Of a stretch of DNA of 64,000 bases, positions 40,765 to 50,484 are shown one piece after another (the first letter of the stretch is position 1; every line of letters begins with the position of its first letter). The DNA lies in the NCBI GenBank assembly GCA_028704635.1, contig JAQWFB010000001.1, positions 133,541-197,540 on the forward strand, in the 5' to 3' direction. The position numbers and the translations under genes were made by a program. The notes beneath the pieces are model-generated. The model saw only the letters and a program-made list of their open reading frames with translations. It was not told where the DNA came from and ran no database searches. This DNA comes from Candidatus Shapirobacteria bacterium (GTDB lineage Bacteria > Patescibacteriota > Microgenomatia > UBA12405).

Positions 40765-41706
40765 ATGAATCCAATTATTGAAAACATTTATAATCAATCC
40801 AAACTAAACTATAAAAAAATAGTTCTTACTGAAGGTGACGATAATAGAATCATCGAAGCAGTCAAGATTATTCGAGATCAAAAAATCGCTGATGTTATAG
40901 TTTTAGGTAAAAATTGCGACATTGATCCTGAATCTTCCCCTCTTCTTGATCAATTCACTCAAACTCTTTTTGATCTTCGAAAAGAAAAAGGCTTAACTAT
41001 AGATGAAGCCAATAAACTAGCCAAAAATCCTCTTTATTTTGGTACTTTAATGGTCCACCTCGGTCTAGCCGATGGTATGGTTTCCGGAGCCAAAAGTACT
41101 ACCGCTGAAACTTTTAAACCAGCCCTTCAAATTATTAAGGCTTCATCAACTTCAAAAATGATTTCCAGTTTTTTTATTATGGAAACCAATAATTCCAACC
41201 TTGGCGAACAAGGAATTTTATTTTTTTCCGATTGTGGTTTAAACATTAATCCTTCAGCAGAAGAACTATCAGAAATAGCCATAGAAACGGCTAAATCTTT
41301 CAACAACCTTGCTCAAAAAACTCCTCGCATTGCTATGCTTTCTTTTTCCACCAATGGCAGTGCCAAAGGCGAAATGGTCGATAAAGTAAAATTAGCCACC
41401 GATTTAGTCAAACAAAAAAATCCCAATTTAATTGTCGAAGGAGAAATGCAAGGTGATGCCGCCCTAGTTCCCGATATTTGTGACAGTAAGTTTTCTGGAA
41501 ATAATCTTCATGGTCAAGCCAATATTTTAATTTTCCCCGACCTAAATTCTGGCAACATTGCCTACAAATTAGTCCAAAGAATTGCTAATGCCAAAGCTTA
41601 TGGACCTCTATCTCAGGGTATTAAAAAACCAATCAACGATCTTTCTCGTGGATGTAGCATTGAAGATATTGTTACTACTGTCGCTATCACTTCAGTTCAA
41701 AACTAA
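40765..41706 (+). CDS. pta: Phosphate acetyl/butyryltransferase (Pta-like).
   Basis: N-terminus KKIVLTEGDDNRIIEAVKIIRDQKIADVIVLG and a ~313 aa Pta catalytic-domain layout. Confidence 0.6.
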   Translation: MNPIIENIYNQSKLNYKKIVLTEGDDNRIIEAVKIIRDQKIADVIVLGKNCDIDPESSPLLDQFTQTLFDLRKEKGLTIDEANKLAKNPLYFGTLMVHLGLADGMVSGAKSTTAETFKPALQIIKASSTSKMISSFFIMETNNSNLGEQGILFFSDCGLNINPSAEELSEIAIETAKSFNNLAQKTPRIAMLSFSTNGSAKGEMVDKVKLATDLVKQKNPNLIVEGEMQGDAALVPDICDSKFSGNNLHGQANILIFPDLNSGNIAYKLVQRIANAKAYGPLSQGIKKPINDLSRGCSIEDIVTTVAITSVQN

Positions 41707-42533
41707 CTTCCCGAAATTCCAGTCAATATTATTCCCAAAATTGTCGCCACCCCCACCCACACAAAAACCAACCACGTCCTTTTAAATAACCTTCCTCTTA
41801 ATTCAGCATGCAGTAAACCGTTAATTATATAAACTATCATCACCAAATAAATTGACCCTTTAAAAATACCAACCGGCCAAAAACTTAAAATTAACGCTAT
41901 TTCTGAGACTAAAAGCGATGGCATTAAAATGTAGTACCAAATATTTTTATCTTTTCCATCATTTGCCAACTCTATTGTCACACTAAAATATATATATAAA
42001 AAAATTATTGTCGATATTGCAAAAACAAAAAGTATATTCAACCAATACGCCAATTTAAAAGAAAATAAGCTATCAAACAAAAAAAATGAAGTCAATAATA
42101 ATAAAATTAACCCAACCGTATAAGCCGCCCTATAAAGTGGTGGTGTTCTAAATCCAATAGCTACTAAAAATACATTTTCCACCAAAAACATGGCATAACA
42201 AATAAATCCAAAAAATAAACTATACATTAAACTTAGTAGTAAACTTTGAGGTAATAAAATTGCAAACAAAGCAAAACCAATAAAAAAAGCTGTCGGCATC
42301 ACCATGGACATCAAACGAATATATACACTCTTATCAAACACAATTCCTAGCCCAAACCAAAAACAAAAAACTATCAAAACAATACCTATCAATAATCCAT
42401 AATAATGAGATTCATAAGGCAGACTTAAAAAGAAATAAAAACCAATCGCTGCTAATAAAGATGAAATAAAATATTTAAATCTTTTTGACATTAATAGATT
42501 ATACCTTCTTATAATCGAATCCCGCAAAAACAT
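41703..42533 (-). CDS. Hypothetical polytopic membrane protein.
   Basis: Eight or more hydrophobic segments. No motif recognised. Confidence 0.45.
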   Translation of the reverse strand: MFLRDSIIRRYNLLMSKRFKYFISSLLAAIGFYFFLSLPYESHYYGLLIGIVLIVFCFWFGLGIVFDKSVYIRLMSMVMPTAFFIGFALFAILLPQSLLLSLMYSLFFGFICYAMFLVENVFLVAIGFRTPPLYRAAYTVGLILLLLTSFFLFDSLFSFKLAYWLNILFVFAISTIIFLYIYFSVTIELANDGKDKNIWYYILMPSLLVSEIALILSFWPVGIFKGSIYLVMIVYIINGLLHAELRGRLFKRTWLVFVWVGVATILGIILTGISGS

Positions 42534-43212
42534 TTATTACATCATCATTTTCTTCCAATTCTTCCACCATATCCATAATTTTTCCTACTTCCTCTTCTGA
42601 ATTAAGCATAGTTGGATTATTTGATTTTAAAACTAATTCTGATCTAATTACTTTTAAACCCATATCTTCTATTTTTTTTACTAAACCATTTAAATCATTT
42701 GCTTCAACCAAAATAATATTTTCATCAAAATCAATCGCTCGAGCATCAATCAAATCCAATTCTTTATCTTCTGGGATATTATTTTCCAACTCTATTTCCC
42801 CTACCCTTTTAAATTGAAACATCACTGAATTACTTTCCCCTAAATTTCCACCATAATTTCTAAAAACCAATTTAACTTCACCCAGAGTTCTATTTTTGTT
42901 ATCTGTTTCTAATTCAATTACTATTGGCACTCCAAAAGGACCATAACCTTCCATTGTCATCGCCACTAAATTTGCCTTTCTTGCTTCAAATTTAGCAATC
43001 AATCTATCAATATTTTCTTTTGGCATATTAACTTCCCTCGCCTTTTCAACCGCTATTTTTAAACCCAAATTACCTTCAATATTAGTAATTCCACCACCAA
43101 CTCGAATCGCTGTTAAAATATTTTTTGATATCTTAGTAAAGGCTTCACTCCTTTTTTTATCTTGAGCCCCCTTTCGGTTTTTAATATTTGACCATTTAGA
43201 ATGACCTGACAT
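42499..43212 (-). CDS. yebC: YebC/PmpR-family transcriptional regulatory protein.
   Basis: MSGHSKWSNIKNRKGAQDKKRS at the N-terminus is diagnostic. Confidence 0.85.
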   Translation of the reverse strand: MSGHSKWSNIKNRKGAQDKKRSEAFTKISKNILTAIRVGGGITNIEGNLGLKIAVEKAREVNMPKENIDRLIAKFEARKANLVAMTMEGYGPFGVPIVIELETDNKNRTLGEVKLVFRNYGGNLGESNSVMFQFKRVGEIELENNIPEDKELDLIDARAIDFDENIILVEANDLNGLVKKIEDMGLKVIRSELVLKSNNPTMLNSEEEVGKIMDMVEELEENDDVINVFAGFDYKKV

Positions 43213-43215
43213 AAA

Positions 43216-44079
43216 TTAATTCTTTTTTAAATAACTAGAGTATTTTATCATTGAAGCTAAGTTATCGCCAAAATATAATTCCAATTCATTTTCATTCAAA
43301 GTTTGATCGTATTTTTTATCGCAATCAAAGATTTTATTAATCATTTTCCATCCATAATTTAAGTCAACTTTATCCCCATAAATAATTAAACATTTATCTA
43401 TTTTTCCTTCATTATTATCGGCTGAAACTACCGAAAATCCCGACCACTCCAATCTTTTTGTCATAAAACTAGCCAGACCACTTTCACTAGTATTATTAAA
43501 AATCGATAATCTTAAATCCTCATTATTTAACTTGCTTTCCGAAAAATCTCTAACCATAATTTCACTTAAAAATAATTCATTTTGATCTAAACCTCCATCT
43601 ATTTTTTCCTCTTTCAAAAGCATTTTATCGTAATTGATTTTATATTTTAACCAATCAAAAAATCCCAAATTATCAATCAGCACTGAATCTTTTTTCCAAT
43701 CATTAACCGAATCCAAAACCAAAATCTTATCTGTCAAAAATCCGAAATTATACCAAAAAATATCCTTTATTAAATCTGTTTTTTTCTCCTGTTCTAAAAT
43801 ATTCCCAACCTTTGTGTTGTTATACCAAGACATTCCATCTGGAATCCAAACATCAACCTCTGGCCCCAAATTCAATACATTAATCATTTTTCTCTCATTA
43901 GAAATCGATACTAAAGCAATTCCATTATGTGCAATTATTCCCAATTTATAGTCCAAATTTTCATTTTTATCTCTCTTTTTTAAAAAACCAACTAAAATTA
44001 AAATTGCCAAAAATAATAACAGCGCCAATCCTAAAGATAATTTTAAATTCAGTATTTTTTTTGTTTTAACATTCTTCAT
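43216..44079 (-). CDS. Membrane-anchored hypothetical protein (possibly LytR-CpsA-Psr-like).
   Basis: N-terminal TM, extracytoplasmic domain. Only a weak resemblance to the LCP family. Confidence 0.3.
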   Translation of the reverse strand: MKNVKTKKILNLKLSLGLALLLFLAILILVGFLKKRDKNENLDYKLGIIAHNGIALVSISNERKMINVLNLGPEVDVWIPDGMSWYNNTKVGNILEQEKKTDLIKDIFWYNFGFLTDKILVLDSVNDWKKDSVLIDNLGFFDWLKYKINYDKMLLKEEKIDGGLDQNELFLSEIMVRDFSESKLNNEDLRLSIFNNTSESGLASFMTKRLEWSGFSVVSADNNEGKIDKCLIIYGDKVDLNYGWKMINKIFDCDKKYDQTLNENELELYFGDNLASMIKYSSYLKKN

Positions 44080-44740
44080 ATTTCTTTAAAATTTCAACCA
44101 AATCTTCAGACAAATCTATTTCCACTTTCATTTCCTGATTATTAATTGGATGTTTAAAAACTATTTTATAGGCATGTAAAAATGGTCTTTTTAAACCATC
44201 GACTATTTCTCCTCCGTAAACCCTGTCGCCCACCAATGGCCATCTTAAATGACTCAAATGAACCCTAATTTGATGCGTTCTTCCAGTACTTAAATCAATA
44301 TCCAGTAAACTATAGATTTTTCCATTATTTTTATATTTTTTAATTAATTTAAATTTTGTTAATGCTCTTTTCCCTTCCTCATTAACTCCAAATTTAGCAA
44401 AAGCATATTTTGACCTGGCAATTGGCATATCTACTACCCCCTCAAAAGAGACATCTCCTCCTACTAAACAATAGTATTTTTTAGTTAAACTTCTTTCTTT
44501 AAATTGCTTTTTTAAACCCAAAAAAGCCTCTTCAGTTTTAGCTACCAAAATTAACCCTGAAGTTCCCTTATCTAACCGATGAATTATCCCATTTCTTGGT
44601 AAATCATTTGGCCTAATATCTCGTAAATAATCCTCGAGTGTTCCCTTTTCCTCTTTTTTTTCCTTAGTTGTCGTCATTAATGACGGTTTTTCCATCACCA
44701 TCATATCTTTATCTTCAAAAATTATTTTGACTTTTTCCAT
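44066..44740 (-). CDS. RluA-family pseudouridine synthase (no S4 domain).
   Basis: Catalytic motif GIIHRLDKGTSGLILVAKT (HRLD). Confidence 0.8.
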   Translation of the reverse strand: MEKVKIIFEDKDMMVMEKPSLMTTTKEKKEEKGTLEDYLRDIRPNDLPRNGIIHRLDKGTSGLILVAKTEEAFLGLKKQFKERSLTKKYYCLVGGDVSFEGVVDMPIARSKYAFAKFGVNEEGKRALTKFKLIKKYKNNGKIYSLLDIDLSTGRTHQIRVHLSHLRWPLVGDRVYGGEIVDGLKRPFLHAYKIVFKHPINNQEMKVEIDLSEDLVEILKKYEEC

Positions 44741-45009
44741 AATAAATCAACTAAACAAAATAAAACTCCTATTCCAATTATCCAATCATTAACATTATTG
44801 TAAAGCCCTATTCCTAAAAAATTCCAATAATCTCTCACATAGCCAAACATTATTCTTTCAATTAAATTTAAAAAACCACCAATAAAAATTAACCAATACC
44901 ATTTACCCTTCTTAATACTCAAAATCAAAAAAACAAAAACAAAAACCACACTTAAGGCAATAAAAAAAGTTCCACCGATGCCAAAACTTATTCCATAATT
45001 TTTAACCAT
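44722..45009 (-). CDS. lspA: Lipoprotein signal peptidase II, unusually short (95 aa).
   Basis: NYGISFGI (NxGaAFG), GGFLNLIERIMFGYVRDYW (catalytic Asp region), NNVNDW (FNxAD-like). Canonical lspA-rluA family gene order. Confidence 0.55.
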   Translation of the reverse strand: MVKNYGISFGIGGTFFIALSVVFVFVFLILSIKKGKWYWLIFIGGFLNLIERIMFGYVRDYWNFLGIGLYNNVNDWIIGIGVLFCLVDLLWKKSK

Positions 45010-45021
45010 AAACCCAAAAAA

Positions 45022-45411
45022 TTAGCTTTCGCTTTCTTTACTACACTTAATGCAAGTTGTTGCTTCTGCTCTTGCCGCCAATCTATCAGTGTCTATCATT
45101 TTTCCACATTTTTCACAAATTCCATATTTACCTATTTTAATTCTAGTTAATGCAGTTCTAAACTGGGCGATCTGTCTGCTCAAAAATTTAGATTTTATTT
45201 CATTATCAAAATGACCAATTTGTTCATCTACATCCTCTTCCAAAGAATTATCGATAGTTCTATTCTCATCTAAAAAAGGATCGTCTTTTTTTAATTGTTT
45301 CTTAGTTCTCTTAAGCTTAACTAATTCTTTTTCCAAAAATAATTTAATCGGCGACAACAACCGACTAGGAAAATTTAAAATTACATTATCATTTTCTTTT
45401 TTCATATACAT
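45022..45411 (-). CDS. DksA/TraR-family C4 zinc-finger protein.
   Basis: C-terminal CEKCGKMIDTDRLAARAEATTCIKC with an N-terminal coiled-coil. Confidence 0.6.
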   Translation of the reverse strand: MYMKKENDNVILNFPSRLLSPIKLFLEKELVKLKRTKKQLKKDDPFLDENRTIDNSLEEDVDEQIGHFDNEIKSKFLSRQIAQFRTALTRIKIGKYGICEKCGKMIDTDRLAARAEATTCIKCSKESES

Positions 45412-46039
45412 CTCCTAAGATACACAATTCCACTAAAGAAATCAAACTAATAATCCAATATAGAACAGAATATATTATATTAACTTTAAAAAACATTCCT
45501 AAAAAACCTAGTATTAAAAAGGATAAAAAAGCAGTTGATAAAAAAGCAAAACCTTTTTTTCCACTCTTATACCAAACAAAAGACCTGTATTTCTTCTTGG
45601 CAAATTTCACAAAAAATATCATTACTATTAATAATAGTAAATATATACCAATTTTAATGTCAAATTTTGTTCTTAAAAATTCATCTGTCATTAAAAAAAT
45701 CAATAATACCAAATTATTAATTAATCCATCTTCGCAAAAAGGTATAATTTTCCAGTTATTCATTTTAGAAAAAACAACACCGGTCGCTATTAAAGTTAAA
45801 AATCCGCCGATATAATCCATCCCAGGTTTATTCCAAACCGAAAACCAACTCGTCCAATTATCGTTCCAAATACCAAAATTAACCAAACCATAAATAATTC
45901 TTCCACCAATAAAAAAACTTAACAAAGCTACCCAAGAATACGTTACAATTTTATCTTCCTCATAATTTTCTCTTAAATTTCTCCAAGTTAAATAGGCAAA
46001 AAGTATTATTCCCAAAACTCTTACAATTCCTAAACTCAT
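45389..46039 (-). CDS. Polytopic membrane protein, possibly Lgt-like (prolipoprotein diacylglyceryl transferase). Tentative.
   Basis: Gly-rich TM helices ([13 protein letters not shown]). Located next to lspA. Weak similarity. Confidence 0.3.
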   Translation of the reverse strand: MSLGIVRVLGIILFAYLTWRNLRENYEEDKIVTYSWVALLSFFIGGRIIYGLVNFGIWNDNWTSWFSVWNKPGMDYIGGFLTLIATGVVFSKMNNWKIIPFCEDGLINNLVLLIFLMTDEFLRTKFDIKIGIYLLLLIVMIFFVKFAKKKYRSFVWYKSGKKGFAFLSTAFLSFLILGFLGMFFKVNIIYSVLYWIISLISLVELCILGDVYEKRK

Positions 46040-46066
46040 ACTCTATTTTACCATTACCATTCCTAG

Positions 46067-46149
46067 TACCGAAGGAGGGACTTGAACCCCCATGGCATTG
46101 CTGCCACACGATTTTGAGTCGTGCGTGTCTACCATTCCACCACTCCGGC
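46067..46149 (-). tRNA. tRNA-Leu (anticodon CAA), long variable arm.
   Basis: Reverse complement reads GCCGGAGTGGTGGAATGGTAGACACGCACGACTCAAAATCGTGTGGCAGCAATGCCATGGGGGTTCAAGTCCCTCCTTCGGTA: D-arm, anticodon loop CTCAAAA, T-arm GGGGG-TTCAAGT-CCCTC. Confidence 0.8.
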
Positions 46150-46176
46150 TTGAAAGTAAGTCAATTATAACCTAAT

Positions 46177-47487
46177 TTATTGTTTTTTCTCTACATCAAA
46201 GAAGCTTACCTGTTTACCATTAAAGTACAAATTAAAACTACCAGTCGGACCATTTCGATGTTTCTCTACATTACAAGTCACCATTTCTCTAATTTCTTCA
46301 TCTTCTCGATATAAAAAAAACACCACATCAGCATCTTGCTCAATACTTCCTGATTCTCTTAAATCAGACAATCTTGGACGTCCTCCTCTCGCTTCCATAG
46401 CTCTTGATAACTGAGCTAATGCTAAAACCGGAACTTTCAACTCCCTGGCTAAATTTTTTAACCCCTGAGAAATCTCTGAAACTTCCTGTACTCGATTATC
46501 TCTAGTATTTCCATGCATCAATTGTAAATAATCCACCACAATCAGTTTAATTCCTTTATCTACTTGGAGTCTTCTGGCCTTAGTTCTTAACTCTGTCACT
46601 GTTAATCCAGGCGTATCGTCAATATAAAGAGGTGCCTCAGCCAACACACCCATTGCTTCCGATAAAGAATCAAAATCATTGACTGACAATTGCCCTGTTT
46701 TTAATTTCCACGCATCAATTAATCCCTGCCTTACCAATAATCTGTCAACTAGTTCTTCTTTACTCATTTCCAAAGAAAACACACAGACTGGCAATTTCTT
46801 TTCTACTGCTACATACCGGGCAATATTTAAACCAAAAGCTGTTTTACCTACACCTGGTCTAGCTGCCAAAATCAATAAATTACTGTCCTGCATTCCCGCT
46901 AAAATATTATCTAGTCCATTAAAACCACTCGGAACCCCCCTTAATCCTGTCCCCATTTTTTGTAATTCATCCAATCGATCAAAACTCGCCGTTAATACCT
47001 CTCTTAATGAAGTCGGAATCGATTTTAAATGTTTTTGTGATAAAGAAAAAATTTCTTGCTCAGCAATGTCCAGCAATTGATCCGCTGGTAAACCAGGATC
47101 AAAAGCCTTTTCACTAATTCTTCCCGCTGCCGAAATTAATTCTCTTTTGGCCGACAATGATTTAATAATATGTCCGTAACTTTCCACATTTGCGGCCGTC
47201 GGCACCTCACTTGCCAATCTGGTTAAAAATCCCTTACCCCCAATTTTTTTTAAAATTTTAAACTCTTTTAATTTTTCCGCTACCGTCACAATATCAATCG
47301 GCATTCTTTCCTCATAAAGCTTCATCATTGCCTCATAAATTTTGCCATAATTTGAATTATAAAAATGTTCCGATCTCAAAAATTCCGACACCGCCAAAAC
47401 CGCATCATTGTCAATTAAAATTGATCCCAATACGCAAACTTCAGCCTCTTCCGAACTTGGCGGTAATCTGATTAGGTCTGTTGTCAT
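46177..47487 (-). CDS. dnaB: Replicative DNA helicase DnaB (no intein).
   Basis: N-terminal DnaB domain, Walker A ARPGVGKTAF, RecA-like fold motifs. 436 aa. Confidence 0.9.
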   Translation of the reverse strand: MTTDLIRLPPSSEEAEVCVLGSILIDNDAVLAVSEFLRSEHFYNSNYGKIYEAMMKLYEERMPIDIVTVAEKLKEFKILKKIGGKGFLTRLASEVPTAANVESYGHIIKSLSAKRELISAAGRISEKAFDPGLPADQLLDIAEQEIFSLSQKHLKSIPTSLREVLTASFDRLDELQKMGTGLRGVPSGFNGLDNILAGMQDSNLLILAARPGVGKTAFGLNIARYVAVEKKLPVCVFSLEMSKEELVDRLLVRQGLIDAWKLKTGQLSVNDFDSLSEAMGVLAEAPLYIDDTPGLTVTELRTKARRLQVDKGIKLIVVDYLQLMHGNTRDNRVQEVSEISQGLKNLARELKVPVLALAQLSRAMEARGGRPRLSDLRESGSIEQDADVVFFLYREDEEIREMVTCNVEKHRNGPTGSFNLYFNGKQVSFFDVEKKQ

Positions 47488-47494
47488 AACCGTA

Positions 47495-48097
47495 TTATAC
47501 CTTTTTTAATACCTTCAACTCCAAACCGTCCGGTAAATCATTTTTATCAACTTTCAAAGATTCAGCTGGCTCTAAGCCCTCTTGATCAGCCTGATCTAAA
47601 AATTTATCCAAATTATTTTTATCCTCATCACTATAACCCATCGGAATTAAATAATTCACTCCCCACTTTTTAGCCCAATCCAAAACCAACTTTCCACCCA
47701 AACTATCCTTAATTAAAACTGGAGCCAACAACACATCAGCCGAATCAACTTTTTCAATTCTTTTATCACTCAACGCTTCATCCAAATCTCCTAAAAATAT
47801 TACTTTAATTCCATCAATATTAATAATAAAAAAAGTATTTTCTCCACCAGCAGGATAACCATTTATTTCCACCCCACCAACTTCATATTCTCCCGGAGCT
47901 CGAATCAAAATTTTATCACTATCAAAACCCATTCCATCATACTTCTCCGATGTAAATAAAAAAATTCTTGACGGATATTTAGAGTCGTCTCTTTTTTTTT
48001 CACTCGGATTAATTAAAACATTTTCTTTTTTGCCTTTTAAATAAACCGAATTGTTTTCTAAAACTTTTATTTCCATATGGTTCAATTCTATCACCAA
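47495..48097 (-). CDS. Hypothetical protein, possibly an MBL-fold/UPF0173-like hydrolase.
   Basis: Weak resemblance only. Co-directional and nearly abutting dnaB. Confidence 0.3.
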   Translation of the reverse strand: MVIELNHMEIKVLENNSVYLKGKKENVLINPSEKKRDDSKYPSRIFLFTSEKYDGMGFDSDKILIRAPGEYEVGGVEINGYPAGGENTFFIINIDGIKVIFLGDLDEALSDKRIEKVDSADVLLAPVLIKDSLGGKLVLDWAKKWGVNYLIPMGYSDEDKNNLDKFLDQADQEGLEPAESLKVDKNDLPDGLELKVLKKV

Positions 48098-48133
48098 AGC
48101 TAAACTTTTTGTGATATCATCTATATTACTCAG

Positions 48134-48583
48134 ATGATAAAAGAATATTTTATTGCCACTATTCTCGGCGCAATTTTAGGTTTAGGCATTACCGGAGCTT
48201 TTTTTGCCCTTCGCCAAAATAATGCAAAACAAAATACCACTGCGATTTCTCCTATTCCCACCGACGCACAAATGTCTACTCAAATTTCTATTACCCCATC
48301 CATTTCTGAAAAAAAATCCCCTATTGATATTATTTCTCCAGAAAACGATACTGTTCTTTTCACAGCCAAAACTAGCATCAAAGGTAATACTAAACCAAAC
48401 AGCCTAATAATAATTACTACTCCCTCTAAAACTTTCAGCGATAAAAGTAATTCCAATGGTGTTTTTAATATTAGTATTGAACTTGACAGTGGTGTCAATT
48501 TAATTAAAATTAGCAGCATCGATCCAGATGATAATCAAGACGAAACCGAGATAACCCTTACTTATTCAAGTACTAAAATCTAA
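48134..48583 (+). CDS. Membrane-anchored hypothetical protein.
   Basis: N-terminal TM, Ser/Thr/Pro-rich. Confidence 0.45.
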   Translation: MIKEYFIATILGAILGLGITGAFFALRQNNAKQNTTAISPIPTDAQMSTQISITPSISEKKSPIDIISPENDTVLFTAKTSIKGNTKPNSLIIITTPSKTFSDKSNSNGVFNISIELDSGVNLIKISSIDPDDNQDETEITLTYSSTKI

Positions 48584-48585
48584 TT

Positions 48586-49308
48586 ATGTGTTTATTTCTA
48601 TCCTTTATTTTCTCTTTATTTTCCCCTAATCAAATATTTGCTAAAGAAGCCACTATCGCCGCATCAACTTCAGATAAAAATTTAACTGAAGAAGTTCGAC
48701 AAATGGTCTCTAAAAAAGTAAAAGAGATTCAACAAAACGACACTGGTAGTTCTTCTGTTTCCACTAACACTCCAAAAGCTATTGTCGGCACAATATCTAA
48801 AATTGAAAATAATCAAATCACTATTACTAACAAAAATAATTCCAAAATAATCACCACTACAGATAATACTGTTTTTATTGATGCTAAAAAAAATAAAATC
48901 AAAATTGACAACCTAAAATCCGGACAAGTAATTTTATCCATGGGCTATTACGACCAATACAACAGTTTTGAAGCCAAAAGAATTATTATTACTGCCTCAA
49001 ATGCCATTGAAAATAAAAATGAAATAGTTTTTGGGAAAATTGCCGACATTTCCCAAACTTCAAATGTTTTGGTTTTAATTCCCATAAAAAACAAAAATAT
49101 ACAATATCAAATCAAAACCGATTCAAAAACCAAAATCATTGATAAAAACGAAAATATTTTAACTATCAATAAATTAAAATCTGGACAAAAAGTCATCGCC
49201 ATAATTCAACCAGACACTAAAACTGCCAATACTTTCAACGTTTTTCAAATTATTACTCTTGACTCAAGCTCCGATTCAACTTCTCCCACTCCAACTCCGA
49301 AGAAATAA
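48586..49308 (+). CDS. Secreted hypothetical protein.
   Basis: Signal peptide, Thr/Asn/Lys-rich, C-terminal STSPTPTPKK. Confidence 0.45.
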   Translation: MCLFLSFIFSLFSPNQIFAKEATIAASTSDKNLTEEVRQMVSKKVKEIQQNDTGSSSVSTNTPKAIVGTISKIENNQITITNKNNSKIITTTDNTVFIDAKKNKIKIDNLKSGQVILSMGYYDQYNSFEAKRIIITASNAIENKNEIVFGKIADISQTSNVLVLIPIKNKNIQYQIKTDSKTKIIDKNENILTINKLKSGQKVIAIIQPDTKTANTFNVFQIITLDSSSDSTSPTPTPKK

Positions 49309-49361
49309 ATACTTTTTTTAAAAATCCCTAAAGCTTGGTATAATAACCAAGCAATCCTCAT

Positions 49362-49436
49362 GGTGGTATTAGCTCAATTGGTTAGAGCGCAGCTCTGTGA
49401 AAGCTGAGGTTGCCGGTTCAAGTCCGGTATACCACC
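49362..49436 (+). tRNA. tRNA-His (anticodon GTG) with an encoded G-1.
   Basis: g-GTGGTAT...ATACCAC-C: extra 5' G opposite discriminator C73. Anticodon loop CTGTGAA. T-arm GCCGG-TTCAAGT-CCGGT. Confidence 0.85.
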
Positions 49437-49458
49437 CAAAAATATTTTAAAATAAATA

Positions 49459-50283
49459 ATGAAAGAAAATACTTCACCTGAAATCAATTCCGATTCTTTT
49501 AAAATTGAAACAATTAAATTTAACAATAATGAAGTTTCTGTTTGTCCCGAGCGCGGTGGTATTATTACCTCCCTTAAATTAAACAATAATGAAATTCTTT
49601 ATTTAGATGAATCAACCTTCAAAGATACTAGTGTCAGTGTCAAAGGTGGAATACCTATCCTTTTCCCTCAAGCCGGACCTATTACCATAGAATCTCAATT
49701 TTCAGATTTAAAACAACACGGTTTTGCTAGAAATTCAAATGAATGGATTTTTACAAAAACTGAAAACGGCTTCATCGAAACATTAAAATCTAATCCAGAA
49801 ACTCTGAAAAAATACCCTTACAAATTTGAATTTTCTATTATTGGAAAATTCGAAGAAGACAATTCTTTTACCTTAACCCAAAAAGTAAAAAATGAGGGCG
49901 ATAAAGAAATGCCAATTTCCATTGGTATTCATCCATATTTTAAAGTTCCATCCAATGAAAAAGAAAATATTGATTTTAATTTTCCTGGTGGTGAAATAAT
50001 TAAAAATGAAACCGAAAAATGGTCTAATGATGGCACCACTTCTATTAATAACCCAAAAATAGCCGACCAATCGGCCAATTTAGAAGTTAACATTCCATCT
50101 TTGGGTACACTCATTATTGTTCCCTGTGTTGAATATCAAAAAATCTGGGTTTGGTCGATGTCCGATAAAAATTTTATTTGTATCGAACCAGTTATGCGAG
50201 ATGTAAATGGTCTCATCGAAAATCCAGAAAAAATCCAACCTCAAAATACCTTTTCCGCCAGTGTCAATTTCAAACTAAAATAA
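49459..50283 (+). CDS. Aldose 1-epimerase / glucose-6-phosphate 1-epimerase family protein (tentative).
   Basis: GGIPILFPQAG, HGFARN, IHPYF: mutarotase-fold-like motifs. Confidence 0.45.
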   Translation: MKENTSPEINSDSFKIETIKFNNNEVSVCPERGGIITSLKLNNNEILYLDESTFKDTSVSVKGGIPILFPQAGPITIESQFSDLKQHGFARNSNEWIFTKTENGFIETLKSNPETLKKYPYKFEFSIIGKFEEDNSFTLTQKVKNEGDKEMPISIGIHPYFKVPSNEKENIDFNFPGGEIIKNETEKWSNDGTTSINNPKIADQSANLEVNIPSLGTLIIVPCVEYQKIWVWSMSDKNFICIEPVMRDVNGLIENPEKIQPQNTFSASVNFKLK

Positions 50284-50410
50284 TTATTTTATTATTTGAC
50301 TTATTCAAAATTAACAGTAAAATACACTCAAATGACAAATTTTTGTTTAACCAAAAACCATCGACATACTAACTTTTAAGTTGGTGGTTTTAAACGTGTC
50401 AAAATTTAAT

Positions 50411-50431
50411 CCCGCCAACGGCGGGTTTTTT
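50411..50431 (+). terminator. Rho-independent terminator.
   Basis: CCCGCC-aac-GGCGGG followed by TTTTTT. Confidence 0.7.
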
Positions 50432-50441
50432 AATCAAAAAA

Positions 50442-50480
50442 CTTGACAAACTTTATAACTTTATAAACTTGATAAACTAA
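50442..50480 (+). promoter_or_regulatory. 39-bp leader/promoter motif copy 1 (upstream of hisS).
   Basis: CTTGACAAACTTTATAACTTTATAAACTTGATAAACTAA matches 52071-52109 at 38 of 39 positions. Contains a TTGACA-like hexamer and internal AACTTGAyAAACT half-repeats. Confidence 0.5.
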
Positions 50481-50484
50481 TACT

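Noticed and set aside
46177-47487. Checked DnaB for an intein, which is common in some lineages.
   Set aside because: Its 436-aa length and continuous helicase motifs show no intein.
49374-49586. 70-aa ORF on the minus strand.
   Set aside because: It overlaps the tRNA-His gene (49362-49436) and the start of the epimerase-like gene, so it is spurious.
50442-50480. Considered a T-box riboswitch upstream of hisS.
   Set aside because: The leader is only ~50 nt, far shorter than the ~200 nt of T-box elements. The same motif also precedes a release-factor gene, so a shared promoter or operator is more plausible.
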